A DNA stretch of 62,943 nt, filler included, from Folioceros fuciformis (Eukaryota), in the NCBI GenBank assembly GCA_049999805.1. It is 15 parts of 15 records of this genome, joined end to end, with 100 filler letters (N's around TTAATTAATTAA, not from the genome) between each part and the next. Parts side by side here need not be neighbours in the genome. Positions count along the whole stretch, not along the records: positions 31,845 to 37,872 come from JBNGIO010002084.1; positions 37,973 to 42,943 come from JBNGIO010002085.1; positions 43,044 to 47,381 come from JBNGIO010002086.1; positions 47,482 to 49,292 come from JBNGIO010002087.1; positions 49,393 to 55,975 come from JBNGIO010002088.1; 10 more parts are not named here. The stretch is one strand, 5' to 3'. The notes beneath the pieces were generated by a model. The model was not told where the DNA came from, ran no database searches, and was given only the letters and a program-made list of their open reading frames with translations. Numbering within the stretch: the stretch's first letter is position 1; every line of letters begins with the position of its first letter. The position numbers were made by a program, and so were the translations under genes. Of this stretch, positions 37,261 through 50,247 are shown piece after piece.

Positions 37261-37451
37261 TTTGGATGGATCCAGGGATGTGAAGAGTGTAAGACTGCTT
37301 TAGATGGATCCAGGGACGTGAAGAGTGTAAGACTGCTTCAGATGGATCCAGGAACGTGAAGAGTATAAGATTGCTTTAGATGGATCCAGGGACGTGAAGT
37401 GTGGAAGATTGCTGTAGATGGATCCAGAGCCAGGGATTGCAAGAGTGTAAG
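37261..37451. repeat. 38-bp tandem repeat, 4 copies plus a degenerate fifth
   Basis: TTTAGATGGATCCAGGGACGTGAAGAGTGTAAGACTGC. Confidence 0.9.
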
Positions 37452-39728
37452 GAAACCTTGCAAGAAACCATATCAAATATGAAGACGAAGAAGACTTCAG
37501 AGTCCATGAGGAACAGCCATCAAACACGACCCGAGCCCGAGGCCCGAGGACAACGAACGAGAAAGATACGCGTGTTGTAACCTTTTTAGAAGTATATATT
37601 TTTGTGTACAAATGTTATTGCTTTTCTGAGGCAAAAGCTGCGTACGACTCCTGAAGGGGGCTGTGGCGGGTCGATGTCACCCCGGCATGGAAGTCAGCTG
37701 GATAAAGTATGTCAGATGGTCTTACGTGGCCGGCAATTGTGGTTATCCCGGTTGAGGGACACGTCGGGCCGGGCGGGCCGGGGGTGCATGGGATCAGAGC
37801 CGTGCCGTGGATTGTGAGTCGACTATTAGTGCCGGGTGGGCTCTGCCGTCCCTGGGGCGGCCTTGGTTGTGTNNNNNNNNNNNNNNNNNNNNNNNNNNNN
37901 NNNNNNNNNNNNNNNNTTAATTAATTAANNNNNNNNNNNNNNNNNNNNNNNNNNNNNNNNNNNNNNNNNNNNACCATACCATATGGTATGAAGTTTTTTC
38001 GTCACATTACGAGGTGCCATATGATATGAAGTTTTTTTTCTTCTGTCATTATCACTTCAATGGACCAATCAAGAACCAAGAAGAATCTTCTCTAGGTTTG
38101 AACTTTATTTCTTCTCCATTCACAATGTTTTCTAGTCCATACCTTTCTTTCTTCTCCATGCATAAGCTCCGTCTTATGTTTTTTCTACCCCCATCATGCC
38201 TTGGACTTCAAACTGCCATTCTTCCACACTTCACCCTATAGTTTAGTGGGTGGAGGGCTGCGTCTACATCCTTTGCCTGGGTTTTCTTTTCCATCCATAT
38301 AGAAGGGATGGATTGTTTAGGGTGAGGGTGCACTCTTTGTACCTACCTTATGTAGTAACATCGGAAGTGCAGCGGAGGAATGGGGAATGAGAGGCCTTCA
38401 AGTATTGGTATGCAACAGCTCAGGTCTTCGTCTGTAATTGCTCACCCTTGTCTGAGGATTTTAGGGTTCTGTTGAAAGGAAATGTGTGTGCACAGCGCAT
38501 GGAAGGATTCACAATTCTCTTCAATCTCAAACTTGGGGCCACAATCCAAGAACAAGCACACAGGGTTGCTTGCACCACTAACATAGGCTGCATTTGCTTA
38601 CATAACATATGTGCTAGGGTTCGGAGCCCATTGAGGTTCCACAGGTTCCTCCAGGTATACTAAATCTACCAAAATGGCCATTTAGTATGCCCACAATCAA
38701 GCTCCTCTATTTCATTCCTTGTAATCAAACTAGACAGGGCCATGGCTGTCTATAGTGGCTACAACCCACATCATAGTGCACTAACAACCATGCTACCTTC
38801 CCTCCTAAGTTTGCAAGAAGCCCATGCTACCTTCCCTCCTAAGTTTGCAAGAAGCCCACGTAGTTGCCTGCCTTCTCAGCTCACATTCCATGTTTCAAGA
38901 CTTGAACTTCATTGCAATGTCATTGCTATTTTGAAGACTAGTCACAGGCCTCTAATTTTTCAAATCTGCAATCCCCACATTCTGCACTTGCACGTTGTCC
39001 TGCAATTACTGCACCCCTCTTGGCTATCATGGGGTACATGCACAAAACCTACCTCTCACAAACTCTCTGCAATTGATCAATTGAACTAGGATTTGGATCT
39101 AATTCAGTGAACCACAAGTACACACACATTTCATTCATTTCCAAGGTCACATGACCATAAGTTTTGGTGTTGGGAAACAACCTCTGTAATTGAATCACAA
39201 GCTTCAATCCTAACAAAATGTTTTAATCAAAATGGATAGCCATTACCTTCCCCATCCTAACCCTCTGCTTGTCTGGCCCCATTCGTAGCACCCACTTCTA
39301 CTATACCTTCTTTTATAGTCATCCTCAGCTTCTACACAATTCCATCCAAGGTCTCCACCATGCCCAGGCTGCTGTGCAGTTGGCGGATGGCATCTGCCAA
39401 CTTCTGCGTTGCGCTCCTGCCATCGTATCTCCTCCCCGCGCTGTAATTCGTCTTATAGCGTCCCACTGAGACATACTCCTCACCCACGGCCCATTAGAGC
39501 CGGAGCTTCGCCTACCCCCCCTCCCGACACACCATCCTGCCTCACCCCCTTTCAAGGAGTGCCGTGACCTCCACTTACACTCCTAGGCATGTGCACTTGA
39601 AAGTTGCCCTCCACAGTCTCTTTCTTCGTCTGCATGGCTTTTTGTTGCTCTCCGCAACAACAGGGCCTGGCAAGCCTCCAATTCAGTAGTTGCTTGCGCT
39701 ATACACCCAAATACCAACAGCGCACAAA

Positions 39729-42700
39729 CTAGCCTGCTCCGTCGTATGCTATCTTTCGCAACCTAGGTCCCACGCCCCAATTCCATACAGAAACGCTAGC
39801 TATTACCTCCAGTGTTGCCTCCCCAACCACTGCTAGTTCAGGGCTACCAACCTTGTCATCCCCTACAAGGTCCACATCCTCCTCTCCTGTGGCAGGTACC
39901 ATATCCCCCTTAACAAACCCACTTGCCTCCTCCACCAAGTGCGCCACACCATCACCTCTCCACTCTGACGTTGCGGCCAATGACCTAGGGCCTCCCTTGC
40001 ATCCCTTGTAGGGGACATCGACGAGGCCATAGCAGTCCTCGCCCTCCCCTCTGCTGCTCTGCGCTGCAGTAGGGGTGGTTATCCCTCCTCCATGTGCCGC
40101 ATGCCCCGCAGGTGTGGCTGCCCCAACCTTGGGGCCTCTATGTCTTAGCACGGCAATGCTGCCCAAGCCTACCAACCTGCTGCTACCGCCGCTAAGGTTG
40201 CACACTGCCATCTCCACCTCTTGCCTCTCCTCCACTCCTCCATCGTCGCCGTCAGCAAGGCTGCACATTGCCATGTCCGCTAGTCGCCTCTCCTCCACCC
40301 CGCTAGGGCTACTGCCATTGCTAGGGCTGCACACTGCCATGGCCGCCAGCGGCCTCTCCTCTAGCACGTTGGGGCCGCCGCAAATGCTAGGGCTGCATAA
40401 TGCCATCATTGAAATCGGCCTAGCCTCCAACCCCCCTGGGCTGCCCTCCCTCCCACGGTTGCACACTACCATCGAAGCCACCCGATATTGATCCTACAGA
40501 CCATGCACACCTCCATGTCTACAATGCATGCCTTGCAAAACGAATGGAGGCTCTAGGCTTAGGATGGGACATTGTGCATGCACCGAAGGGCTGCCCTAGT
40601 GACCTCACTATTTGTTTTCTAGTGCAGGCGCTCGATCAATCAGAAGCCGATAGCTGCAGCTCGACAACATTGAAGGGTGTGGATGGCAGGAGGGAGGGAA
40701 TACCTCCATCCTGCCCACCGCCAACGATAGGTAGGGGTCGCAACCCTGTGATCTCTCGCAACACTAGCACTCACTCTAACATTGTTCTCTATGATTGCAA
40801 TTCACTGGTGCTTCATGTTATGGCAGTGCAGACCTTGAGTGCGACTAGGGCCCCTCCTCACAATTAAGCCAAGGTTGCATGTGTAGGTCTTTTACTCAAA
40901 CAAGCGAAGGGAGTGGGCAGGAGGGGACATTGCAATTGGACGGTGGAAGCTACCCATGCATCATGGATGATGCCGAATTTGAGGAGGAGGGACTTTCGTT
41001 GATAGGAGTGCTATCCCCTGAGGACATTGACAATGAGGTCAGGGATGTGGGGAAGGCAGTGCACGGCGTGTCGGCACACACAAAAGGAGCGGATAGGGAA
41101 ATGTAGACAATATGGGTGCAAGAGCTTGGTGTAGAAGAAGAACCCGAGTTGGAAGGGGTCGTTGCGTAGCCCCTTCTCCGGGTGCATCTCCAAATCAATT
41201 GCAGGTGCAGGACAACATGGATGCCTTCACAAATTGGCCAAAAGCCCATCGCGCGGCCAGGAAACCATGGAAGAGGTGGTGGATCCCCAACCATTTGCTA
41301 GGGACCTCGAGCCCAATTTGGGCTTGCGATAGCTCCAAGCTCAGGCATGCAAACTGATTTGACATGTGTCTTTACTTATTGGCAACATAGTGTGCATGTG
41401 TACATTAGGGATGAGGAGATTAGGGCACGCCAATGGTAGCTACGGGTGTTGGAAGCTGGTGTAGGGCTATACGCCATGGCAGCCGATTTCATATTCGCTG
41501 CTGTGGACACAGACAATAATGGGTCCTCTCCGTTACGGAAGGGCATCAAAGTGTAGTTGACGCAAGCAAGGTGGGCAAGCTGCCATGCCCGATTGGGGCA
41601 TAGTATGCTGGAATGTTCAAAGGAGCTAGCAAGGCACATTGGGGTGCTCGTGGATGCAATACAGGAGGACATCCGTTGGCAAGCAGCGAGCCTTACCTTA
41701 GAGATCACCACATAGGTGTGCCGATCGTCACTATAGGTCTACAGTAACGATGTTATCGCATTTGTGCATGGCTTTTGTGGTTTGGAACTTTGTCGTGACA
41801 TAGAAGGAACCCTTTTCAGCCTACTCCAACTTGCCTTGCAGGTTGGTCAACCAATGGAAGGCACCCTATGGCAGGAAATCGAACGAACGTTGAAGAGGGA
41901 AATGGTGTAGGATGCCAAGTGGGCTTGGAAGTTGGTGGAGAGGACTATTGGCCTAGAATGGGAGCCAACATTACCTCTACATGTGGACAGACCTTGGGAC
42001 AACACTCTACTAGGTAGTTAACATTCTCTCCCAGCTAGTGGGTGCTTTGAACATTGTGCACCGAGATGTGGATCGCCACAATTTCATGGTGGGGCAGCGG
42101 ACGTTGCCCTTTCTGTACAATAGGACGGAGCACTTTGTTTGCTACTTGGACTTTGCAGCCAGCGAGGACAACATTTTCCTCATCCTAGAGGTAGGCAACC
42201 TCATCGTCTGTGCTTATCACACCATGGGTGGCCGGCGCAGCCATGGTGTGATTGCAAGCAGAATGTAGGCCTTTTTGTTTGCCCCACAAACACTTTGCCA
42301 CCCCTTGCGGGTGGCCATGAGCAAAGCTCCGAAGTCGTGCCTAGGACTGGGCAAGCGTAGGTTTGTGGATAGCCCTTGAGGGGGAGCCCACGTTTGGTCA
42401 ACAAGTTAGTACCGTCGTGCCTAAGTGCATCATGTAGGCCTGCCCTTTTCAAGCAGGGACATAGGTGATGGAAAAAATAGCATGTTTTCATGTCCTCCAC
42501 CCAAAGTAATGAGAGTCAAAATCTTGCATGAGCTGCGTCGTGGCCGTGCCCATGACAAGCATTTGTGTACACACTGTGTAATCATCTCAAACAAAGCGAT
42601 AATGACACGTGGGAGGCACACCCGTCGACACACAAAATGCAGTAGGTGTTGTTTCAGCTGTTGCTGCTGGCAGCTCCTTTGGAAGGTTGCACTCGTCGTA

Positions 42701-42943
42701 GTTGAAGGTGCAACGTAAAGCGAAGCATCTACGTGCCTTAGAAATTGTCATGGTGGACAAGGGAGAAGGGAGGCTGTGGGGTTTGCATGCTCTTGCCCTC
42801 GACAACGTTGTAGAGGGGCAACTACTCGGTGGCATGAGGCAAGTCATCAACCACGGACATCCCAAGGGCGCGCATTATGGGAGGCAATCGCAAAGGGGGT
42901 ATGCGATGCAAAACAGCAAGGAGGATGGAGGGCAGGGTATAGG
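39729..42943 (-). mobile_element. Highly decayed coding relic, possibly a Mutator-like transposase (SWIM-like motif) followed by a repeat-containing ORF
   Basis: YTCTLCCQ*AKTH-like motif near 41400 and a 250-codon open frame with internal repeats. No catalytic motif could be confirmed. Confidence 0.3.
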
Positions 42944-43197
42944 NNNNNNNNNNNNNNNNNNNNNNNNNNNNNNNNNNNNNNNNNNNNTTAATTAATTAAN
43001 NNNNNNNNNNNNNNNNNNNNNNNNNNNNNNNNNNNNNNNNNNNCTCCGACGCTTGTTCCTCCTCTGCTCTTCGCGCCAGTGCTGGTACAATAGGTAGATT
43101 GCAATCACGAAGGAACAAAGTGCGAGGCACTGGGCTATGGAGCCGGGCATGTTTGCGACGTCACTCAGCCAACTAGCGTGCTCCGTTTACGGGGGCG

Positions 43198-44429
43198 TGT
43201 TAGAAGAGAACCCCGTTATGGTTCTTGTATAAACGTAGCAACTTATTAGCTGATAGTTATTTATACCTAGGTTAATTTGAATAGACATGACTCTTGGACA
43301 GTTTTGATATATCAGACACACTTTGTATGTTCATGATAACATAACTCACTTTGTTTTCAAGCACCTGCGTGCATGAGTACATCTGATTTAGAAACAAAAC
43401 ACCCAAGGATTCCAAAGAAATTCCCCAGCAATTTCGTCCAACCCTCAGCAAACTTTCTCAACAGTTTCTCAATGATTCTTCTAGCAATCTTGCATAAATC
43501 TTCAACAATTCCTCACCTCTCCTCACAAGCTTTCACACTCGTCCAGAAATTCTCCATAAATTCCCCAGCAACCTCGTTCCAGCTTCAGCAAACAACCACC
43601 CAACAATTTCTCAGCGTTTCTTCTAGCAACTTCAACAATCTTCCACGATTCTCTTTAGTCTTCTGACTCTCTCTTCCTCACCAAATTCAGCACGTAGCTG
43701 ATAGTTCAAGGAATAAGGGAAGGAGAAAACTCTCCCTCCACTCCAGTAGTGGTGGATTCGTCCCCCTCTCCTCAGCTACGGACCAAAATCAGTCCTCACT
43801 CACTCCTTCTCAACTCTCTTCAGCTCCTCAGCCTCCTTCTTCTCCTCCTCTCACTTACTCTCAACCTCCTTCTCCTTCTCTTCTCACTCACTCTTCTCAC
43901 TCACTCTTCTCACACATTCTCCAACACTTCTTCTTCTCTCACACACTCCAATTTAAAAATGCAGCAAACCAGTTCAAGGAATAAGGGAAGTAGAAGCTCT
44001 CCCTCTACTCCAACAATGGTGGATTCGTCCCCCTCATTGTCTACTACAAAACACAAATGGCCGTTCAGGGAATAAGGAAAGGAGGTGCTCCTTCCACTCT
44101 ACGCAACTTGCAGATTCGTCCCCCTCACTTTCAGCACTGGAGCAAAGGTTCTCAACCCCCCTAGGAGCGTCTAGCACTCATTGCCTCACCCAGACATCTC
44201 TAATCCAGCCATGGGCAGCGCAAGGGATCTCAACCAGGAGGAGTCTCAAACATTTGCTGGTCAGAACACAGCTGACCGTTCAAGGAATAAGGGAAGGAGG
44301 TGCTCCTTCCACTCTGCGCAACTTGCAGATTCGTCCCCCTCACTTTCAGTTGTGGAGCAAAGGTTCTCAACCCCAGGAGTGGTGGAGTGGTGGATAGCCT
44401 GCACCACTCCTCCCCCCTGGCTGCCAGCA
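43198..44429 (+). mobile_element. About 1.23-kb LTR (family D) preceded by a PPT and interrupting a LINE
   Basis: GGGGGCG|TGTTAG start. CA end exactly where the LINE motif ACLPNADR resumes. Confidence 0.6.
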
Positions 44430-45924
44430 ACCCGTCTCAACGATCTGCGTTAGGCAAACAAGCTTGAAAGAAACACCAGATGGTAACCCGCACCTTGGGG
44501 GGAACCCCAATGGTCGACCACAGGAGTTTAATCGTTGCCTTTTGGCAACATTGGGAGAGCCTCAATCTAGGAGCCAGTCGACTTCACTGAAGCGATTTCT
44601 ATGCGCGCACCAATTGGAGGTAGATGGCTGCCGAAGGAAAGTTGAAGAGTGATCTCTTGTTTGCCTGCATCCTTCCGGAGCTCCTAGGCCACGTATACAA
44701 GTCAAGTCTCATCACTAATTCCCAATTCTCCTTCAGTCGAAACCAACATCTTACAGGATTTTGCTGTAGAGGTTGCTTCTTGCTGTCATGTTCTTCCTGG
44801 GTGAGCCAATGCCCCGCACGCCTAGCCCTGTAAAGCGTAGTTATCCCTCTCAGGCACACCCCACCAAGCGTGCCTTCCTCTTTGCCTACAACCTCTAGAA
44901 GCCCTTCTGCATTCAGAGTCGTATAGGATAGATTCCCATTGTCTTCCGACAGTGATGACATGAGCACTGCCTGGTCGAACTCTGGGAGGGCCGCATCCTC
45001 CTCTTGGTCAGAGTCTCTCATCCTATCTTCCATCGGGTGAACCCCCCACATGTGGATGCTCACCTGAGCTTGCCGTAACAACACTTGCTTCACCTCCTCT
45101 GCCATCCCTTCCTGTAGCCAAGACAGCATCAGTCTCACATGTCGAACTGGAGTCCCAAACTCTTCTCGAACCTCCTCCGCTGTTTCCATCCTTCGTCTAC
45201 TCGGTTCCACAGGTGCCCGAGTTGCACAATGCCTCGTCTATCAGCGGAGCCAAAAATCTGGGAACGGTACACCCTCGAAAGGAAGTCCTGTGACTAGAGC
45301 CCTTGAACCCTTGCAGAGGGAGGCCTAGTGCGTCATCCCTATTCCTAGGTATGACGGGTTGAAGAAGAGTCTTAACATCCAAGAAGCTGCGCCAGATTGA
45401 AGCAAAGAGTGAAGAACACTCCCTAGTGTCAAGCAAGGATCTATCCGCCAACGAGTTGTCCATAGATCTCCACCCTCGGGCAATCGCTTGAGTTTGTTGC
45501 AGGTGTTGGGTTAACCAACTTTTCCAGGGGTAGCCCATTGGGCCTGCTGCTTTTAGAACCCATTGTGCATGTAGGATCTTCATCTTGCATGTGGGATCCA
45601 CCAACCCTAACCCTCCCAAGCGCTTGCTCTCGATAATATGTCGCCACGCCACCTTATAGGAAGAGGAGAGCAGCTCCTTAGACTTTCTCCAAGAAGTTGG
45701 ATATAATCTATTGCAACCTCCTCAGATCTACCTTGCTAGGGGCCCATAAGAACAGGTAGTATAATAGAGAAGCGGTCAAAATATGATTGATGACCACAAT
45801 TCTTTCTACAAGACTCAGATCCAACAGGCGTAAACTGATTGCTTTCCTGATGAACCTGAGGCAGACATATTTACCAATCTCAACATTCTCATCCTCTTCT
45901 TGGAATGGTAAGCCTAGGTACTTG
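44430..45924 (-). mobile_element. Decayed L1-type LINE ORF2 (post-RT region)
   Basis: KYLGLPF, LSLVERIVVINHIL, KVAWRHIIESKRLGGLGLVD and FQACLPNADR (shared with the LINE at 11762). Confidence 0.88.
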
Positions 45925-47381
45925 TGTGGAGGCAAAACCCCGGGCACTAATTGCCGACAGGTTCCACCTTTAGTGGCCACACTTATCCCACTAACGTTGA
46001 GACATTGGGTTCCGTTCCCATGAAGGAGCGATAGAGTTCCTTGCTACTATGGATGGAGGGTCGGACTCAATCGGCTCGATGATGGATTCGAGGGCTCCCC
46101 TCCAGCTCCGATCAGGCGTAGGACAGGCCTTGTTGTCCAGCGGTTAGCTGCACCTCTCTTAGTGCCCACAAACTCACTCCCGTCACTACAACGACCCTGA
46201 CCTCTTAGATCTGTGACTTCCCTCACTCACTCCCTCTCTCGCTCCAACACCAACACCAGCAACCAACAACGACACCACTACCTTCTACACTTCCATACTA
46301 ACTCCTCCTACCTGGCAAGAGTCACTGGACTAACCCCAAAGAAAAGAAAGAAGGGAACACACTCCCCTCTCGGATATCTCCTCCCCACAACCTTACCAGA
46401 CGCCATGAAACATGACCGGCCTACAGCACTTGTCCAAACAGGGAACAAGAGTGGACAGGTCGAGAGAAAGACACATCCTTTACAATCAAGAGCTAGGGGC
46501 AAGCCCCTTCATCCTGATCATTACACCTTGTGATCCTACCAGACACTGTACAACCGGCAACACCCGGCTTGCGATCCTACCAAACGTTGCACAGCCGGCA
46601 AGACACTGCAGGTCCTAACCCAAGTAGGGACAGACCACCAGAGCTCATGTAGAGAGTACCTCCAAGAGCTCACGAAGTGACAGACTGACTCCCAAAGTGA
46701 ATGACTACCTCCTCCTACAGGCTCACCTGATCTTATAGGAGCCTCTCTCTCTCTGACTTCACCTCTCTCTAACTTGACAAATATTATTTTAATAGGATCA
46801 ATAGCCTAGCCGGCTGTCACCAGCCACTTATTTAGAATTCTAGCACATCCTGCCACCAATGAGCTGGCCCTACCACCACAAGGATCTACCACCTCTTAGA
46901 CTATCCTGAGACTTCGGAGTATGTCTGATCTTCAAAGATCTGCGGACGCCGCCTCTTCCTTGCTAGATGGCCGCCCGCTAAGTCTTCGCCTACAACTGTT
47001 CACCCTTGGAGTCTGAGCCAGCCTCCAAGGGAGGAGCATGAGCAATGGGAAAGATAGAGAAGAGGTGGGAAGGAGTGGGATCAGCACCCGGAACCTGGCC
47101 TGAAAACGATAGCTTATTCAGCGGAATTAGCTTCTAGCCGAAATGGTTCCTCGGCCATGGAAGACTGACCTTGGGGTGCTGGAATAGGCCCCGAACTAGG
47201 AGGAAAAGAAAGCAGGTGAAATAGAGTTAAATTGGAATTTCTAGAATTAAATCCAGAAAAAGGAATGAAAATAGAAAAGGGGAAATTAGGAAAATAAAAA
47301 GAAAATAAATACAGGGATACGTATATGGTATACGTATCAGTACGTATTAAATACATATCTAAACCATATAAAATACAAGGG
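45925..47381 (-). mobile_element. Family B LTR (inverted) inserted into the LINE
   Basis: The terminal 256 bp match 28001-28256. The extent towards the gap is inferred. Confidence 0.7.
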
Positions 47382-47481
47382 NNNNNNNNNNNNNNNNNNN
47401 NNNNNNNNNNNNNNNNNNNNNNNNNTTAATTAATTAANNNNNNNNNNNNNNNNNNNNNNNNNNNNNNNNNNNNNNNNNNNN

Positions 47482-47651
47482 TGGACGTGTGTGTGTGGGT
47501 CAGTCGAGCTTTAGGTGTTAATTGACTTTAGAAGCTAACCTGTGTATTTTAACACAAATCATTCCCTTGGGATCGAATCCCAGAGCTACAACGACATAGA
47601 GGGCTTGTGTGGACCTCGCGATACCCCCGGGTACCATATTTTAACTCCACA
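47482..47651 (+). mobile_element. Family A LTR 3' end inserted upstream of a Gypsy integrase
   Basis: Homologous to 7845-8032 and the reverse complement of 10782-10950. Confidence 0.8.
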
Positions 47652-49292
47652 GCTGCCAAGAGATGAAGGTGCAGCACCAAGTGAGAAGGGGAGAAGAGGG
47701 TTCCGTAAGCCTTCCTACCAAGAGGTGTCTGATTTTTTAGGCATAAGGGAATTTCCAGCTGATCTCTCACGCCAGCAGCAGTGGCTGTTCTTGTACTTCA
47801 CAAGTCTGGTGGTTAAGTACAATGGCAGGCTGTATTGCACAGGGGCTGATGGCGTGGAGAGGTTGTGGGTCAAACCTGGCTAAGTGGAGCAAGTTATCAG
47901 CTCCTTACATGAGGAAGAGGCTTGGGGCCATTATGCAGCCCATGTGACCTGCAGAAAAATTCTGGCAGCAGGGTATTGGTGGCCAACAATGCATGCTGAT
48001 GCTGAAGGGTTCATTAGGAGGTGTGATGCGTGCCAAAGGGTGGGGAAGCCTACCAGGACACAATGGCCATTGGTCCCCTGCCTAGCCCTAGCACTATTTG
48101 AGAAGTGGGGGATTGATTTTGTGGGACCAATTCAGCCCAAGTCCAAGGGAAGGCAGAACCAATACATCCTGGTGGTAATTGACTACTGCAAACGCATGGT
48201 TGAGGCCCAAGCTTTGCCCGTGGACACAGCAAATGTGGTGGCCAGATTTTTGTTTGAGCAAATCATCACAAGGTATGGGTGTCCGTTGAAGTTGGTAAGT
48301 GATAGGGGGACACACTTCATCAATGAAGTAGTCAAGCACATGACTGAATATTTCAATATCAATCATAGGAAGACCACTCCCTACAACCCTAAGGCATTGC
48401 AATGGACTCACGAAGAAGGCTAATGGGCTGTTGTGCAAGATTCTCGGCAAGCTCACTGTCACCTATGCTCATGATTGGGATAGGAATCTCCATTCAGCCT
48501 TGTGGGCGTATAGGACTGCTAAGAAGGTTACCACTCAGCAGACCCCTTATTACCTCACTTATGGGCACTCACCGGTCATGCCCACTTACCCGCCTTGAGG
48601 ATGCAGGAGAGCAATCGATTGCCTGTAGAGGAGAGCCAGTTGGAGAGGCTGACCAGTTTTGTGCAGCATGATGAGGACAGGGGACGAGCATTGGCTGTTT
48701 TCCTTGATGTCCGGGAGAAGAGGAAGAAGTGGCATGACCAGAGGTTACGTAATTACACAAGAGTATGTGGTGCCTGGAGATTTAGCCTTGCTATATGACA
48801 ATAGGTACATGCACTTTCCAGGTAAGCTGCACTTGAGATGGATGGGACCTTACAGGGTGCTGGAAGTGTATGAGAATGGGTCCATCCAACTGCAGCACCT
48901 CAACGACCCTAACTTGCTAACTAGGGTTAATGGCTGGCGGGTGAAGAAATATTATCAGTAGTTGGCGAGAACGCCAACAAATGAGAAGGGGAGTATGTGG
49001 ACTCCACATGCTGAACAGGTCCCGGGAAAATGGTAGGATTCCTTTTTTTGGAATCTTTGAGTGAATCTTGAAGTGAAATGGTTAGAAGATTAGGTTAGAT
49101 TAGTAGCTAGATTAATGGTGAGTCGATGGGGTCTAGGAGGGTGTGTGGTAGATAGGACACGGGCTCCAATTCCTCAGGATAAGGTAACAGAGGAACATGA
49201 ACCCTAGAACGGGTCATAGGAGGTGAGTCGGGGTCCCCTCTGGGGGGTGCTGGTGGAAGCGGAAGATGGAGGTAGAGGTGCCTGAGGCCGAG
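47652..49292 (+). mobile_element. Ty3/Gypsy (non-chromovirus-like) integrase, PPT and 3' LTR start (48996)
   Basis: HHCC zinc finger (LHEEEAWGH..CDAC), KWGIDFVGP, LVSDRGTHF, TTPYNPK and LRWMGPYRV..RVNGWRVKKY. No chromodomain. Confidence 0.92.
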
Positions 49293-50247
49293 NNNNNNNN
49301 NNNNNNNNNNNNNNNNNNNNNNNNNNNNNNNNNNNNTTAATTAATTAANNNNNNNNNNNNNNNNNNNNNNNNNNNNNNNNNNNNNNNNNNNNAGAGTACA
49401 CAGTGCAATGAATAATGTCCAAGATGTATGATTGTTTTAAGAATGTGAGTGAAAACCTTCATGCATGAGATGCAATGCTAACAAAAAGTATCAACAGTTC
49501 TTGTAGTGTGAAGGTTTCTCTCACAAAATATATATCACATAGTAACCAAAACTTTAGAAGAGAGAAACTTTCCACTCTACTACGCATGCAAAGAGCTTTT
49601 ATATTCGGGGAGAGGTGCAGCTCTTCATTTTCATAATTGAACTAGCATTGTACCCAAGAGCTACATTTCTTGTTCTTTGATTTTTACTTCATTGCTTTAA
49701 GTTCTAGTCTTATGACATGTGGGGTGTAAAGATTGGTTTATAAATCAACAACTTGTATACGACAACCAACCAAAATAAAACACCTGGACGGTCACGTCAA
49801 AAAAATGCTCTAAACCCACAATCATAAAGAAACATATAGTTGTGACTTATGTTATCTGCTTAAGAATAGGAGGTATGAGCTCCACAGCTTCATATATCAT
49901 GGAATGATCATACAGGAGAATTGACCACCAAAAGACGTCTTCTTAATAAAAAAAAACTAATTGCAAGCGTTTTCTTGGACAAATTAAAACCAAAATTATT
50001 TTTTTATATTTTTAGTAGATAAAATATAAATTATCAAAGATATAAAATAAAATTATGAATAAAAAATAATTTTATTATATGATTCTTTATTCTATATAAG
50101 ATATCATCATAATTTTTATATTACAAAATTATTTTAAATTTAATAATTACAATATATTGAAAGAAGGATAGAGGTAAATTTGTAAATATATTATATTTAA
50201 TAAAATAAATATTAGGCTTAATTGAGAGTAAATTCAACATCTACACT

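Noticed and set aside
37261-37451. 38-bp array as CRISPR
   Set aside because: Contiguous tandem units with no unique spacers.
43750-43780. Hammerhead ribozyme on the minus strand (CTGAGGAG...GGACGAAT)
   Set aside because: GAAA is GAAT, stem II cannot form, and CTGANGA is absent from the other three copies.
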